Shown here: positions 37,601-50,301 of the stretch, one piece after another
Layout of the letters: every line of letters begins with the position of its first letter
Position numbering within the stretch: the first letter of the stretch is position 1
From: Lingula anatina
Taxonomy: Eukaryota; Animalia; Brachiopoda
Assembly (NCBI GenBank): GCA_051362555.1
Contig: CM120640.1
Location: 25,902,225 to 25,966,224 of the forward strand
Direction: 5' to 3'
Length of the DNA: 64,000 nucleotides
Program-made: the position numbers and the translations under genes
Notes under the pieces: model-generated
Database searches by the model: none
Seen by the model: only the letters and a program-made list of their open reading frames with translations
What the model was told of the DNA's origin: nothing

Positions 37601-40600
37601 CAAAAAAAGACAAAAATTCCACCTACTGTTTGTATAAGGTTTGCAGCTAACTGCTTGGTCTGCTGTAAACCCACCATATTAGCATGCCTGAAAAAAAAAG
37701 CTTTTTTTAAGAATACTGCAGTAACAAATTAAATGAATACATATTGATTCATCATTCAATTAACATGATCAAAAGCAATGGAGGCTTTTACAGAGCATTC
37801 TTTCTAGAAAACTTGCATGGTCATTGTACTGTCTATGTTAACAAACACATCAAAAAACCATAGACATTCCCAAATTGTTACAATCCCTAGCAGTCAACTC
37901 ACTGTATAAATATGTGCATGGGCTCAAAGGACTCCCTTCCTGTGGCTGGGTCTATGTAACCAGATCCTTTCCCCTGAAGCATCACTTTGCCTCCAGTTTC
38001 CAGCTGGATGTGTTGCAGGAAAGAGCACTAGGACAGAAATAACATGGTTTGAATGAAAATGAATATATAATATGCACTGTCTTAAATTAAGCAAACATAT
38101 ATATATGAACTTGTGGACATGTGATCAATACATGGAGAAGTGTTCAGGTTCCAACTTACCCCTGGACCAAGAAGTTTGTTTTTGACATCAAAAGTGGGTG
38201 GGGCATGCTCCAGACCAATGTACAACTTTTCTTGGACAAAGGATAACTGAAAAAAAAATTACTTCTTGTACATTCAAAGTACATCAAATCAGGAAGCCCA
38301 TTGGTCATATCCACAAACAATTTAAACATCTGACTTCTAAAATTATGACAATTGTTTACTAAAAGAAAGAATCAAAAGAGCTTCTCACCCCTGGAGGCTG
38401 TGTGTTAAGTGACATGAGTGGAGGGGGTGGCTGACTAAGTAAAGGGGGCGGTACACTGGATAGCACTCCAGGCATTGGGGGAGCTGCCAAGGGGTTCTTT
38501 AAAGCTGCTTGAGCCATCTTCTGGGCCTTGTGCTTGTAACCATTGGCTATTATCTCCTTGATTCTATCTACTGCTTCTGAAATACAGGAAAGGATGAAAA
38601 GATTGTTAGTAAATGTATAATCAGACACTGACAACCTTGCTGACTCTAAAAGCTAAAATTATTTTCTGGAGCACGAGTTATATAACATTTTATCTAACCA
38701 TTTTTTAAAATATCTCTGTTATGCACTTACTATCAACTGACTCTTGTGTAGCACCTTGAACACACAAATACAAAGGACGATCATTGGCACTGGAAAAAGC
38801 ATAAACATCATGTAACAAACTGATGATTTCAGATCTTAATACTGAGGACGTTACAACATGAAACAAAGCTATGTCAAACAAAACATAAGCATTTTACTGG
38901 GATCAATTTACAAGCAAATAATTCAAGCATCTCAAACCAACTTACTAAAAACACTGTTTAACAATATTCAGATTACTTATCATTCTACATTCAAAAATAT
39001 AAGAAAGAGCTCACTTGTTAGCATGTCTTGCCTTCTCCTCTGGGTTCATAAATCTCCCCCTGGTGGACACTGCAGCTCCACTCATCTTGGATATCTAGCA
39101 ATAAAATAACACCATCAGTAATTTACTATAGACTTTTATCCAGACAAATAAAACCTTCCTCTTTACACATCTTTACATTAAACAACTGTCAAACATGTCT
39201 ATCATTGAAGAATTTTATGATTACTTTTAAATTACTTTTGCAGCATGTGATGTTAAAAATGCATATTTTTCGATGCCCATCCAGGCTAGTATATCTCAAG
39301 AGTAAATTATGAAAATTCGAATCGAGTTCTGTGATTTTACCTCATCTTGTGTTGACCCTCTTGTGAGCATGTTCCGACATCCAATAGGAACATCATTTAT
39401 TTCTACCTCAGCAACTATCAAGCTATTTGGCTGTGATCCAGTCTGCAAAACAGAACAACCCAAATTTGAATGGAGTGGATAAAAAGGAACAAAACACAAT
39501 TGTGTCCATAACAAGTGCAAGATCCAAAATCAGACATCTAGATAAGAAAGCCAAAATAGATGTTCACATGAAAAGATACAAAATTGCTCCCTCATGTAAG
39601 TCATTTGAAAACCATTCTCAAAATACTTCTGAGATTTCTCTTACTTTTGGTTTTGTTGGTATACTAGCTGGCTGAGATAACTGTGATGGCTTTAGCTTTC
39701 CCTTGGCTATTAACATGGCATTCACTTTGGCTGCTGCCTCTGCAGCAGCTTCCAGGCTACTACGTTGAGCACTGGATGCAACAGCAGGATTATCCCACTT
39801 GCTGGCTCTGTTTCTACAAAAAAGAGAAAAAAGTCAGTAGATATTTTTTATCAGTGGTTCCAACTTTTCTATCCTTGTTTTTGTCATATAATTTAATACA
39901 GGGGCAACTGCACTACCTCCACACAAGGGCTTATCTCCTGGAGACCATTTAAAGATGAGAAATCATGGTTCACTTAAATGTTACATCAACTTTGACTTCA
40001 GCCCACTGCTATAAATCTACTGAAACCTGATGATTATACTTTGAATTTTTTCTTTCCACAAAACACGATTTAGTGAGAGGGAAAGTATAGCACGTACCTA
40101 AAGGGTTTCAGTCATTTTTATATCATATAAGTCAATATAATCACACTGATCCATTTCATTTGTTTTTCAAAAGGCTAAAATCAAGTCTTCAAATTTGCCC
40201 ACACACCGTCCACAAACCGTATACCTCTTTAATTTTTAATGCTTATTAAATTATGTGCTGACTTTGATCAATCTCTCTGCCATTCCAAAGTACAAGTAAC
40301 TGAATTGCCAATTGTATTGGAGTAGCAGAGACATTGCTCAAAGTCACCACATAAAACCGAAGACTATGTGATAAAAGGGAGAGAGAGAGAGAGAGAGAGG
40401 TTGCAAAAGTGCCGCTAGTTGTTCGAGACGAATAACCACTAATAATGTAACAGTGTAGGTCTATAATCTTGAGTTGTGGTAACTATCAACATATCACTTT
40501 CACAAAGCAGTGCTCACTTTTTCTACTTCTCTGATAAATTGATAATATGATAATAAATTAAACATAAATAACACGACCAGTTATAACTAGGCAAGAAAGA

Positions 40601-40789
40601 TTAAATTTCTCTCTCTCCAACAAGTACAGTACATCCACATTCAAAAATGCTCGATTATTATTTGACGCTGTATGCTGACTATTGAAATTGAAGTGTTAAT
40701 CTTACACGTGAGTAAGTGATTTTATCGCTAAGAAGGTCAAATATTTAGAATTTAATGAAAAAACAGACGCACCTTTCAACAGCTGCCAT
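31039..40789 (-). CDS. KHDC4: KH homology domain-containing protein 4 (KIAA0907/BLOM7)-like pre-mRNA splicing factor, 18 exons, 909 aa
   Basis: Exons 40789-40773, 39813-39645, 39442-39341, 39094-39015, 38789-38731, 38576-38389, 38246-38160, 38027-37903, 37687-37627, 36530-36431, 34745-34671, 34377-34201, 33926-33795, 33581-33379, 33189-32827, 32611-32466, 31939-31872, 31616-31039 join in frame (2730 nt). Motifs [104 protein letters not shown] and MPFWM match recalled KHDC4. Confidence 0.92.
31872..31939 (-). CDS. KHDC4: KHDC4 exon 17
   Basis: [22 protein letters not shown]. Confidence 0.85.
32061..32194 (-). ncRNA. SCARNA4: Box H/ACA guide RNA, SCARNA4 (ACA26)-like, predicted to guide U2 snRNA Psi41 and Psi39
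   Basis: Hairpin 1 UGGAGGG..UAAGAA / GAUAC..CCCUCCA, H box AAAUAA, hairpin 2 UGCUGGG AGAACA / UACU UUUCAGCA, ACA plus 3 nt. Pockets are complementary to U2 GUAGUAUCUGUUCUUA with about 14-nt spacing; intronic, sense to KHDC4. Confidence 0.85.
32466..32611 (-). CDS. KHDC4: KHDC4 exon 16
   Basis: [19 protein letters not shown]...PPPPEEL. Confidence 0.88.
32827..33189 (-). CDS. KHDC4: KHDC4 exon 15
   Basis: [13 protein letters not shown]...[23 protein letters not shown]. Confidence 0.9.
33379..33581 (-). CDS. KHDC4: KHDC4 exon 14 (polyQ)
   Basis: [14 protein letters not shown]...[25 protein letters not shown]. Confidence 0.85.
33795..33926 (-). CDS. KHDC4: KHDC4 exon 13
   Basis: [43 protein letters not shown]. 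Confidence 0.78.
34201..34377 (-). CDS. KHDC4: KHDC4 exon 12
   Basis: [21 protein letters not shown]...SLLAQSE, phase 1-1. Confidence 0.8.
34671..34745 (-). CDS. KHDC4: KHDC4 exon 11 (low complexity)
   Basis: [24 protein letters not shown], phase 1-1, CAG/GT. Confidence 0.7.
36431..36530 (-). CDS. KHDC4: KHDC4 exon 10
   Basis: [33 protein letters not shown]. Confidence 0.88.
37627..37687 (-). CDS. KHDC4: KHDC4 exon 9
   Basis: [20 protein letters not shown]. Confidence 0.9.
37903..38027 (-). CDS. KHDC4: KHDC4 exon 8 (KH2)
   Basis: [41 protein letters not shown]. Confidence 0.93.
38160..38246 (-). CDS. KHDC4: KHDC4 exon 7 (KH2)
   Basis: [29 protein letters not shown]. Confidence 0.93.
38389..38576 (-). 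CDS. KHDC4: KHDC4 exon 6
   Basis: [14 protein letters not shown]...QPPG. Confidence 0.92.
38731..38789 (-). CDS. KHDC4: KHDC4 exon 5 (KH1)
   Basis: [19 protein letters not shown]. Confidence 0.92.
39015..39094 (-). CDS. KHDC4: KHDC4 exon 4 (KH1)
   Basis: [26 protein letters not shown]. Confidence 0.93.
39341..39442 (-). CDS. KHDC4: KHDC4 exon 3 (KH1)
   Basis: [34 protein letters not shown]. Confidence 0.93.
39645..39813 (-). CDS. KHDC4: KHDC4 exon 2
   Basis: [11 protein letters not shown]...[20 protein letters not shown]. Confidence 0.92.
40378..40399. repeat. (GA)n microsatellite
   Basis: In KHDC4 intron 1. Confidence 0.85.
40773..40789 (-). CDS. KHDC4: KHDC4 exon 1 (coding part)
   Basis: aaaATG GCA GCT GTT GAA AG|gtgcgt; phase 2 fits exon 2. 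Confidence 0.7.
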
Positions 40790-40812
40790 TTTTCTGTAAG
40801 TCTCTTGTGTCG

Positions 40813-40824
40813 GTCACGTGACGT
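40813..40824. promoter_or_regulatory. Palindromic E-box GTCACGTGAC (CLEAR/USF/MiT-TFE type) with overlapping TGACGT, KHDC4 promoter
   Basis: Perfect 10-bp palindrome 24 nt upstream of the ATG in a small CpG-containing patch. Confidence 0.55.
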
Positions 40825-42576
40825 ATTACACGGACACATCTCCGCTAACGCAATGAGTTAGTGAGTGGGAGTAATTTTGTAAAACCCTCACTACTCCAAC
40901 AAGAAACTATAAAAATTAAATTACTTAATTCGTAATGTTACTTAATAGGCAGATATAATTATTATTTAAAATAATTTATTTAAATTGGTTTGCTTTTATT
41001 TAGTAAGTATTTGTCAGCCTTTCACTTTGATAATTAGATTGTTACTTGTTATGGTCTATCTTGATTTTGAGAGTGAAAGAGGGGCAGTGGATGTTGCTGA
41101 ACACCATGCATGTGTAATGCAATTTAACTCTTCTTAAATCAAAATTTGTTTGACATTGAAAGCTTTGGATATATCATAGGACCATCAATCCAAAAGATCT
41201 CAAATGGAAATATTTCAACATAGAAAAGGCAATAAAATTCCTGTGTAATAAATCCTTGGTATTTTATTGTGTACAGACCAAAACAATGAAATACATGAGA
41301 TGAACAGTGTGACATTTATTACTTATATAAACTTTTACTAAATGAAGAAACAAAACACATGAAAAATGACAATGAGGTTGTACATTAGTCTTTAAATTAA
41401 CAGTGCACATAACATAATAAAAAAAAATACTTTGACGCATGAGGACCTTAATTAAATTGATTTTTTACTTGTGACAAGGAATAAACATGAAATCACAAAA
41501 TTGGTCCCACAAATTAAATAAAAATAAATACATCATAATGATAATGATTTTAATTTCAACAGTTTTCTCTGTAAGAGACACATTTCATCATATCCATATA
41601 CACCTGAAACAAATTATTTGGTTCTTTTACATTTCTCACAATTCTGCTGCAACAAAAATAATTTGAGTGAGATACTGTTACAAACAATGCTTTGTTTTCC
41701 AAATAAAATAACGCTCTACATATTGCTTTGTTTTTTGATCAAGCAGTTGCTGACGCAAGGTTTAATGAGATAAGTTGTGTTCTAAAAGTAAGTTGTGTTC
41801 TAAAAGTTTTTGAAAGTAACAAGAATTTCAAAATGTTGAACATATTAAATATTTCATTTGGCAACTATATGATGCATCAAAGCTGTAGATATCTACTTGA
41901 ATGCTTTTAAATATGATGCATACAATTGGCATGTATTTGCAGGCTAAAAAGCAAAATTATTTCTAATGTGACAATAAATTCTAATTCCATGAAATGGTTT
42001 GTCTTTTTGCTGGAACATGTCCAAATGTTATACACTTCCTTACACAAAGAAAATGATCTTGAACAATTCTTTAATTACTAAAAAACAAAACAAAACAAAA
42101 CAAAAAACAGCCTTCCTTATGCTCTATATAAAATGATGATGAATTCATGAAGATATCTTATGATGCTTAAGATAATGTAAGAGATAGTATGGTTGCTCTT
42201 AATGTCTACCATTGTGAAATATATATATCTGACTGCAGCTTTCTGATGTAATTTTATAAATTGTCAGTACTGAGGCATTTACACCAATGGTGACACTCTA
42301 CCTCAGATGAAATAGTATGAAAAGTATGAAAGTATGAAAACAAACCTCCCCTAATTTAAAGTAAGCAACCAGGATTTTTTCACTTTCATTATGAAGACTG
42401 TCAATTTCATTTTTTGCTATAAAATAGGTTCATAGTAATCTGTTGCATTGCAGCAAATAATTCTATCAAGACAAAAATATGTGAGTGATGTCAAAATCTA
42501 TCTTATGTATGTAATTGACTTCAACACTGAAACCTGTTGGAACACCACCTTTCTTGTTACCTCTTCATTTAAGAGA

Positions 42577-42937
42577 TCAATTAAATATTTTGAAACTTTT
42601 GTTGAATATTCTAAAGCTTGGCACAGATTTTTTATGTACTCCACGGGCACTGTCTTTTTCACTTCTTGCTTCACTTTTTGGCGATTTAGCTCGCCTGAAG
42701 CCAGGTCTTTGTAAGCTTCCTGTTGAGCCAGGTCCAAGAGCAATACTGCCAGAAGGTTTGTCCTCAGTAATAAATAAAGGTTGTAAAGGCATTTGTCTCT
42801 CTTTCTCCCTCTGAATTTCCTTAACAATTCCATGAAAGACGGTCTCTACACACTGATAATCCTCTGCTGCTGTGGTCTCATAGAACAAACATTCCTGCTC
42901 TGTGGCAAGTGCTGAGCCTTCTGCTTTACTGACTTGT
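42577..42937 (-). CDS. RASL12: RASL12-like terminal exon
   Basis: QVSKAEGSALATEQECLFYETTAAEDY...SFRIFNKSFKIFN*. Confidence 0.92.
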
Positions 42938-45444
42938 CTGGAAATAACAATATATTACCTTGTAAAATAAGCATAAATAATTTTGAATGAAAAAAAAAAA
43001 ATAACCTGAAATTATATAAAACATAGTAACATTTAGAATACATTCAACTCTTAAACTACATTACTCAAGGTTGCCTTATTTATATTTACACAGTGGCGGA
43101 TTAAGGGGGGGGCGGGGGGGCTTTGATTTCTGAAAAAAATCACACCAATGATCCCCTCTTGAAATTAGAATTTTCACTAGCTGAATCATAGTTCTAAACT
43201 GTACCAAATGGTACTGTTCGCCGTCTAAAATACCAAAATTTTTCGGGGCCCTTCAGCTGCCCCAAACCCCATGCCAACGCGGACCCCCCCCCTTTAATTA
43301 ATCCTGGATTCAGTCCTGTTACATGTACATATATTATACATGTGCTATATTAATATAATGTATTTGTACTAGTAGTGCATTTACCTATATCGTTCTAGGT
43401 CCATTTTGTTCCCTACTAATGCCAGTGGAATCTCTCTTGTTGTTTTATTCTGATAATTCAAAACTGAGCAAATGTAGTTCCTGGCTTCTTCATAGCTCTG
43501 CCTGCTAGTTATACTGTATACTACTATGATGCCATCTGCCCAACGCAAATATCTTTCAGGGTCTGAACCCTCCTGAAACAAACAATGATCATCTGAGAAT
43601 TATTCATCTTCAGTTTCATTTCATGTTTCAAATCAATCCACATTTTTTAATGATCACTTTCAAAACCCTTTTGCAACCACTCTAACCAGATATTAATGTA
43701 TTGTTGAAAAAAATTCCATTACCCATACGACTTTTCAATGCTTTTTTCATCATAATAAAAACCATCTGCTTTAGAAAACAACGAAAAATGAGGTGTTGTT
43801 TTACAGTTATTGGACACTGAAATCTGTTTTTCATTTGATGGTTGGTTGCTTTTATTGCTTTTGGAGTGAAAACGACAATTGGCAGGAATATAAGATTAGG
43901 CTTTTTATGAAGATTTTTTGTTTTTGTTTTTCAAAATTTCTAATTTAGAAAGTTTACAGGCCTTTTCCTTTAATAATTTAATTTAAATGAAAAAGAATTT
44001 CCTATTAAGAACTTTAGGGGGAGAGAACTTACCCTATCATAAGTATCCATTATTCTGACTATGATCTCTTGTGCATCTATACATTCATGCTTTGTATATG
44101 TATCTTCTAAAAGAGAAAAATTATAAAATTGTGAACATATTTTAACTTTTTTAATAGGAAAAATAAAATACACTTCATATTACATTCAAACTGAAACAAG
44201 TGTCCATCAGATATAATCACAAACTACTGCAACAACATGCTGAAAAGATTTGGTAAATGCGTACACGTAAGTCGCCCACACATAATTTTTTCATAAACAG
44301 TGTGTGGAGCTTATCAGCTATATTTACTCCAGTAATACTTGTGTGGCTTTACATCTCATATTAGTAAATGCGTCATTACTCAAATGCCCTGCAACTCTCT
44401 CAGAGACTCAGAACAGTAGCATCCCACAAATCTCCTACCAGATGGATTATCAAAGCAATAAAGCATCTATTTCAAATGACTTCTGGCAAATTATCAGACT
44501 GAGTATGATTTGGTTAATAAACAGACGTAAATGAACTTATTGGTCTCTCAATGGCCTCATAATGCCAATGGAATGTCAACAGCTCTTGTTTTTGTGCTGG
44601 GAAATCATCTGAATTCTGAGAACAATTTCCTAATTACAATGCAGGTCACAATGGTGCACAGTAACATATAATCCTTTTCAATATTTTTTCTTTTCATTGT
44701 CTGATGAAAAAACAGTAACAGATAAAATGCTTTTTAAAGTGAGCTTTACTACAAAAATAAAATCACTTTGACTAAATTTGCAACATCAATGGGTATCTAC
44801 TCAAAGCCATTTTGATGTACTTGTATACTCATTGTTAGTTTTCATGATAATCTGTGAGATAATTTTTACAACTCAAAAAGAAAAAAAATCAAACATTACA
44901 CACCATTCTTTCTAAAATATTTTCTGGCCCCGAGATGCTTTTCCAAAGCTTTGCCTTTTCTTCTTGTCAAAAAAGGTCTGAATTACAAATGCCTGATAAT
45001 TCAAAACACATATTTGAAAGATGCTTGAAAGTATGATATTTGCATCTACTGGTTTTAGAAACAATTCTTTCCTTTTCTTAGGCCTGTCCTGTCATTTTAA
45101 AAAAACATTTATAATATTGAGAGATACAGGTAATTCATTAAACAATGACGCAAAATTGTAATATGAGAATTGCATGATTATAGTGTAAACAAGTAGTATA
45201 CTGAACATGCCAAATGTTGATTTTAATTTCCCCCATACAGCTATATGCCAGTCATTCTTATAATCAATTTTTGTTGCAGGTGTTTACTGAGAGTAACATG
45301 GTCTGGTAAGCACATGGTGTAAACAATTTACGTCTTCTCTTCTCCTCTGCGCAATATTTTGTTACTGAACGGTACAGGAGTACTAGTTATCATATTTGCC
45401 ATTACTTGATACAGCATTTCTAGTTTAATTCAGGGGAAATAGAC

Positions 45445-45521
<77 letters not shown>

Positions 45522-48500
45522 AAATGTGGAAGAAGGGTAATGGTCACGTCCAAAACATGATCTTTCCCTTTCTTCATTTTTAACAATTTTCAATGTAAGT
45601 TAGATATAAAGTGAGCGTAGAATCCCTATAAGGCATATAAACCACTTCCACTAGTTTCTTATACAACTAAAATTAAGTTGCCATGCAAGGTCATAAACCA
45701 AATTTATCCATCGTTCTGCTAAAAAATAGGTTTAAAACGGCACCTTCTTCAAATTTTTGGTCGTAAATTGACCTTTTTATCCATCACTTCACTTTATTTA
45801 AGTCCCATAAATGACACAGTTTTATGCCGGTGTAACATGAAAATCTGACTCCCATGAAAATGTGACTCCCCAGTCAGATTTTCATTATGAAAATGTGACT
45901 CCCCAGTCAGATTTTCATAATGAAAATCTGACTCCCCCCATGAAAATTTGACTCCCCCTCCACAAAACTTCATACATCTTATTTTATTTGAGTATATGAC
46001 TGTGATCTTGTTGTATGTAAAATGGATGATACGTTGGCACATTTTTTGTAGTTTGCAGTGAAAATTCAAATGAAAAAATAAGAAAAATAAAAATGTGCAC
46101 ATAAAGAAAATCTGACTCCCCCGTGAAAATTTGACTCCCCCATCATAAAACTTCATAAATCTTATTTTATTTTGGGTATACGTCTGTGATCTTGTAGTAT
46201 GTAAAATGGAGGATACATTGGCACATTTTTTGTAGTTTGAAGGTGAAAATTTTAATGAAAAATAAAGAAAATTAAAAATGTGCACAAAATGAAAATCTGA
46301 CTCCCCCATGAAAATTTGACTCCCCCGCCACAAAACTTCATAAATCTTATTTTATTTTGAGTATATGACTGTGATCCTGTAGCATGTAAAATGGTTGATA
46401 CATTGGCACATTTTTTGTAGTTTGCAGGTGAAAAATTATGTGAAAAAGTAAGAAAATTAAAAATGAGCAAATAATGAAAATCTGACTCCCCCATGAAAAT
46501 ATGACTGCCCCTCCACAAAACTTCATAAATCTTATTTTATTTTGAGTATGTGACTGTGATCTTGTAGTATGTGAAATGGAGGATACATTGGCGCTTTTTT
46601 TGTAATTTGCAGGTGAAAATTTTCATGAAAAAATAAGAAAATTAAAAATGTCCACTTAATCGCCTATTGTCTCCCCTATGAAAAAGTTATTTAATATTTG
46701 ATGATCATTTCATCACCTTTTCTTTTAAGATACTTTATGAAAAATATATTGGAAATATTTAAAGGTTTGATGATAAAATAGTGAAAGCATGAAAAAGAAA
46801 CCATGAAAATCTTTATTTTTACACCCATGAGATTTGGACTCCCATGGAGAAAAGGACCTATTTTATATTCAGTCACCATACCACTGTTTTCCACATAGTT
46901 TGCATAGAGATGGATATTTTGTCATTATTTGAAAGTTTGATGATGAAAATTTTGGTCAATATTTTAAAACAAGTATCCATCTTTATTCTTGTAGGTTTTG
47001 CACTCCCATGTCAAAACACTACATTTTTAACACAAGAAATTGGCCCCATCGCCTTTTTTTTAATTCTTCTTATATAGCATACCCAACAAAACACTTTCTT
47101 TTGTTTTCCCATTATTTTCCCCAAAGGTGGATGAAAGATGGGGGTTTATTAAGCAAAAAGGATAATAAGTATGCATTCTTGCGCCCATAGGACTTTGACG
47201 ACCCATCTTACAAACCAAATGTTTCATATTTAATATTTTTTCCTTTAAGCTACGTCATATGAATAAGCTACCCACCAAGCATGTCACAGTCCTATCACAT
47301 TTGAAAGTTTGGTGGTGATAACTTTTGTCAAAATTGAGAATTTTTTAGCAGCATTATTCACATGTTGGTGATATTTCCTTACTATTGTGTTCTTAAATTC
47401 CAATATGATTTTTTTTTAGTTAAGGGGCAAAAGTATTTTGATTTAGCCTAGTGTGCAAAGTAATCATTAAGTTTTCACTGCCACAAGGTAAAATATTGAA
47501 GAGAAGCAGAATTTTCTTGTCTCAGTGGATCCTTTTTACATTCATCTACATTTTGTTGATATTGTATGCACTTAATTGAAAAAATATTCTTTTCTGATAT
47601 GACCCAAAACAATTTTTATTTTCATATAGCTTAGTGTGCAGAGTTATCATTATATATACAATGAAAAGTATGTGGAAAATAGTGATATAATGACTGAATA
47701 AAAAATAATTGTCCTTCTCATGGGTGCAAAATAAATATGATACTGAATTTCTCACTATTTTTAAATTTCAAACACTTATTGCAAAAAGTAAAAACATTTA
47801 AATGTGTGCTAAATATGAAATAAGTGCTTTTATCTAGGGGAGTCAAAATCCTACGGGTACAAGAATGCAAATTTATTATCCATTTTTCATTTATTTTCAC
47901 GCAGTATTTTACCATAAAACTTTTTAATATTTCCAATAAATTTTTTCATAAAGTATCATAAAAGAAAAGTTGTCAGAATGATCATCAAACATCAAATAAA
48001 TAGCTTTTTATAGGGGAGCCATTGGGTGTTAGAAAACAAATCCTTAATTTTTCTTTCTTTCATGTGTTTTATTACTTTTTTCTCTCAATTTTTTAACCAT
48101 GTGCACATTTTCAATTTTCTTATTTTTTCATTAAAATTTTCACTGCAAACTACAAAAAATGTGCCAATGTATCAACCATTTTACATGCTACAGGATCACA
48201 GTCTTATACTCAAAATAAAATAAGATTTATGAAGTTTTGTGGCAGGGGAGTCAAATTTTCATGGGGAAGTCAGATTTTCATTATGTGCACATTTTTAATT
48301 TTCTCATTTTTCATGAAAATTTTCACCTGCAAATTACAAAAAAAGCACCAATGTATCCTCCATTTCACATACTACAAGATCACAGTCACATACTCAAAAT
48401 AAAATAAGATTTATGAAGTTTTGTGGAGGGGGAGTCAAATTTTCATGGGGGAGTCAGATTTTCATTATGTGCTCATTTTTAATTTTCTTATTTGTTAATT

Positions 48501-50254
48501 AAAATTCTCACTGCAAACTACAAAAAATGTGCCAATGTATCAACCACTTTACATACTACAAGATCACAGTCATATACTAAATTAATTAGAGATATATGAA
48601 TGTTTTTTTGTAGGGGAGTCAAATTTTCATAGGGGAACCACATTTTCATTATGTGCACATTTTTAATTTTTCTTTTTTTTTTTGAAAATTTTCACCTGAA
48701 AACTACAAAAAAGTGCCAATGTATCATCCATTATGCATACTACAAAATCATAGTCATTTACTCAAATAAAATGATATTAATGAATGTTTTTTGGGGGGGA
48801 GTCAAAATTTCATAGGGGGAGTCACATTTTCATTATGAAAATCTGACTGGGGAGTCACATTTTCATAATGAAAATCTGACTGGGGAGTCACATTTTAGGG
48901 GAGTCAGATTTTCATGGTACACCGGCATTGCATAATCATCACTCTCATTAAGATGTATCAAACTATAGCTGCCCACACAATTGCTACTTATTTAAATGAA
49001 TTTCCTACAAATATTTATAGCACAGAAAGAAAGCAGAAAATATCCATTCAAATATCATTTTTCAGGAAATATGAAACAATGCCCTTTTGTATTTCTCTAC
49101 ATTACACTATTTGAAATGATATCGCGGCATTTGGTTGGGTTTTATCACAAAAATTTGACTTTAAATGCATCTTTAATAATAATTTCTCTGCTTTTTTTCA
49201 AGAATACAGAAGTACTGTTTGAAAAAGATGTCTTATAAAAAGTAAATTACAAAATCAAAATGTGATCATCAGATGAGGTACAGAGCCCGTTTTAAGAGTC
49301 AGGCCTACTTAACTACCAGACGTGGCACGGAAGGATCCAGAATTCACTGTAGATCGCACCACACTACCAGTTTTCAAGATATATATCAGAACGCGTTACA
49401 AAGTATCAGATGCAGCATGCAAACCAGGCAAGAAGGTGCTGCATCTGATACTTTGAAGCGCATACTGATATACATCTTGAAAACTGGTAGCATGATCCGA
49501 TCTACAGTAAATTCTGGATCTTTCCATGCCGTGTCTGGTAGTTGGGTAGGCCTGAGAGAAATAACTGAATCAGAAACTGCTTCTGTAAAGCCTTTGGTCC
49601 AGTAAACCTGCCATCAGTGTATGTGATATCAAACAGGCTGTGGTTTATTTGGAAGCAGATGGGAAAGGGGAATGATTCCAGGCACACATCCAAACAACAA
49701 GCCAATTTACTGAGAAGTGAAAAAAAAAACTTGGCCAGTATGCCATCTCTTCAGGTATATCGAAAACGCCAACCAAAAAGTTGGCATGTTAGCATAAAGA
49801 CACCGGAATACCAGGTGTGAAATTTAAAAAAAAAGAAAAAAATCAATGCATGGTGGGTTGAAGATAAACATACTTAAAAATGGATAACAAAATTCCAATA
49901 CTTACCCATATAGGGATCATACTCCATTATATATCTCCGTGTCAGATACTTGACAGTCAAAGCTAAAGGAGAAAAAAAAAATCTGCATCAAAACCAAATG
50001 TTTGTTAGATCCAAGTATAGAAATGTATATAAAACATGATAACATTAAAATAAGAAATATATTTTTAATTCTGAAGCAAAATTTAAGCCGTAAATAATTA
50101 TTGTTTTAAATTGCAGCCTTCTGATAAAACACACCAATAACATCTGACAAATGCCAACTTTCAAGACACTTAACACAGAGTGAATCTATGACAATAAGTT
50201 TTGTTGAATATGTATACATTAGACAGGTAGAGGTAAAGTTCAGACATCCAAGGA

Positions 50255-50301
<47 letters not shown>

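Noticed and set aside
31940-40772. SNORA42/SNORA80-like second guide RNA (also hosted by human KHDC4, from recall)
   Set aside because: Visual scan of the KHDC4 introns found no second convincing H/ACA fold; a cmsearch is needed to exclude it
45794-46518. 179-aa and 88-aa ORFs as a transposase
   Set aside because: They translate the tandem subrepeats of the Foldback arm; no DDE or other domain features
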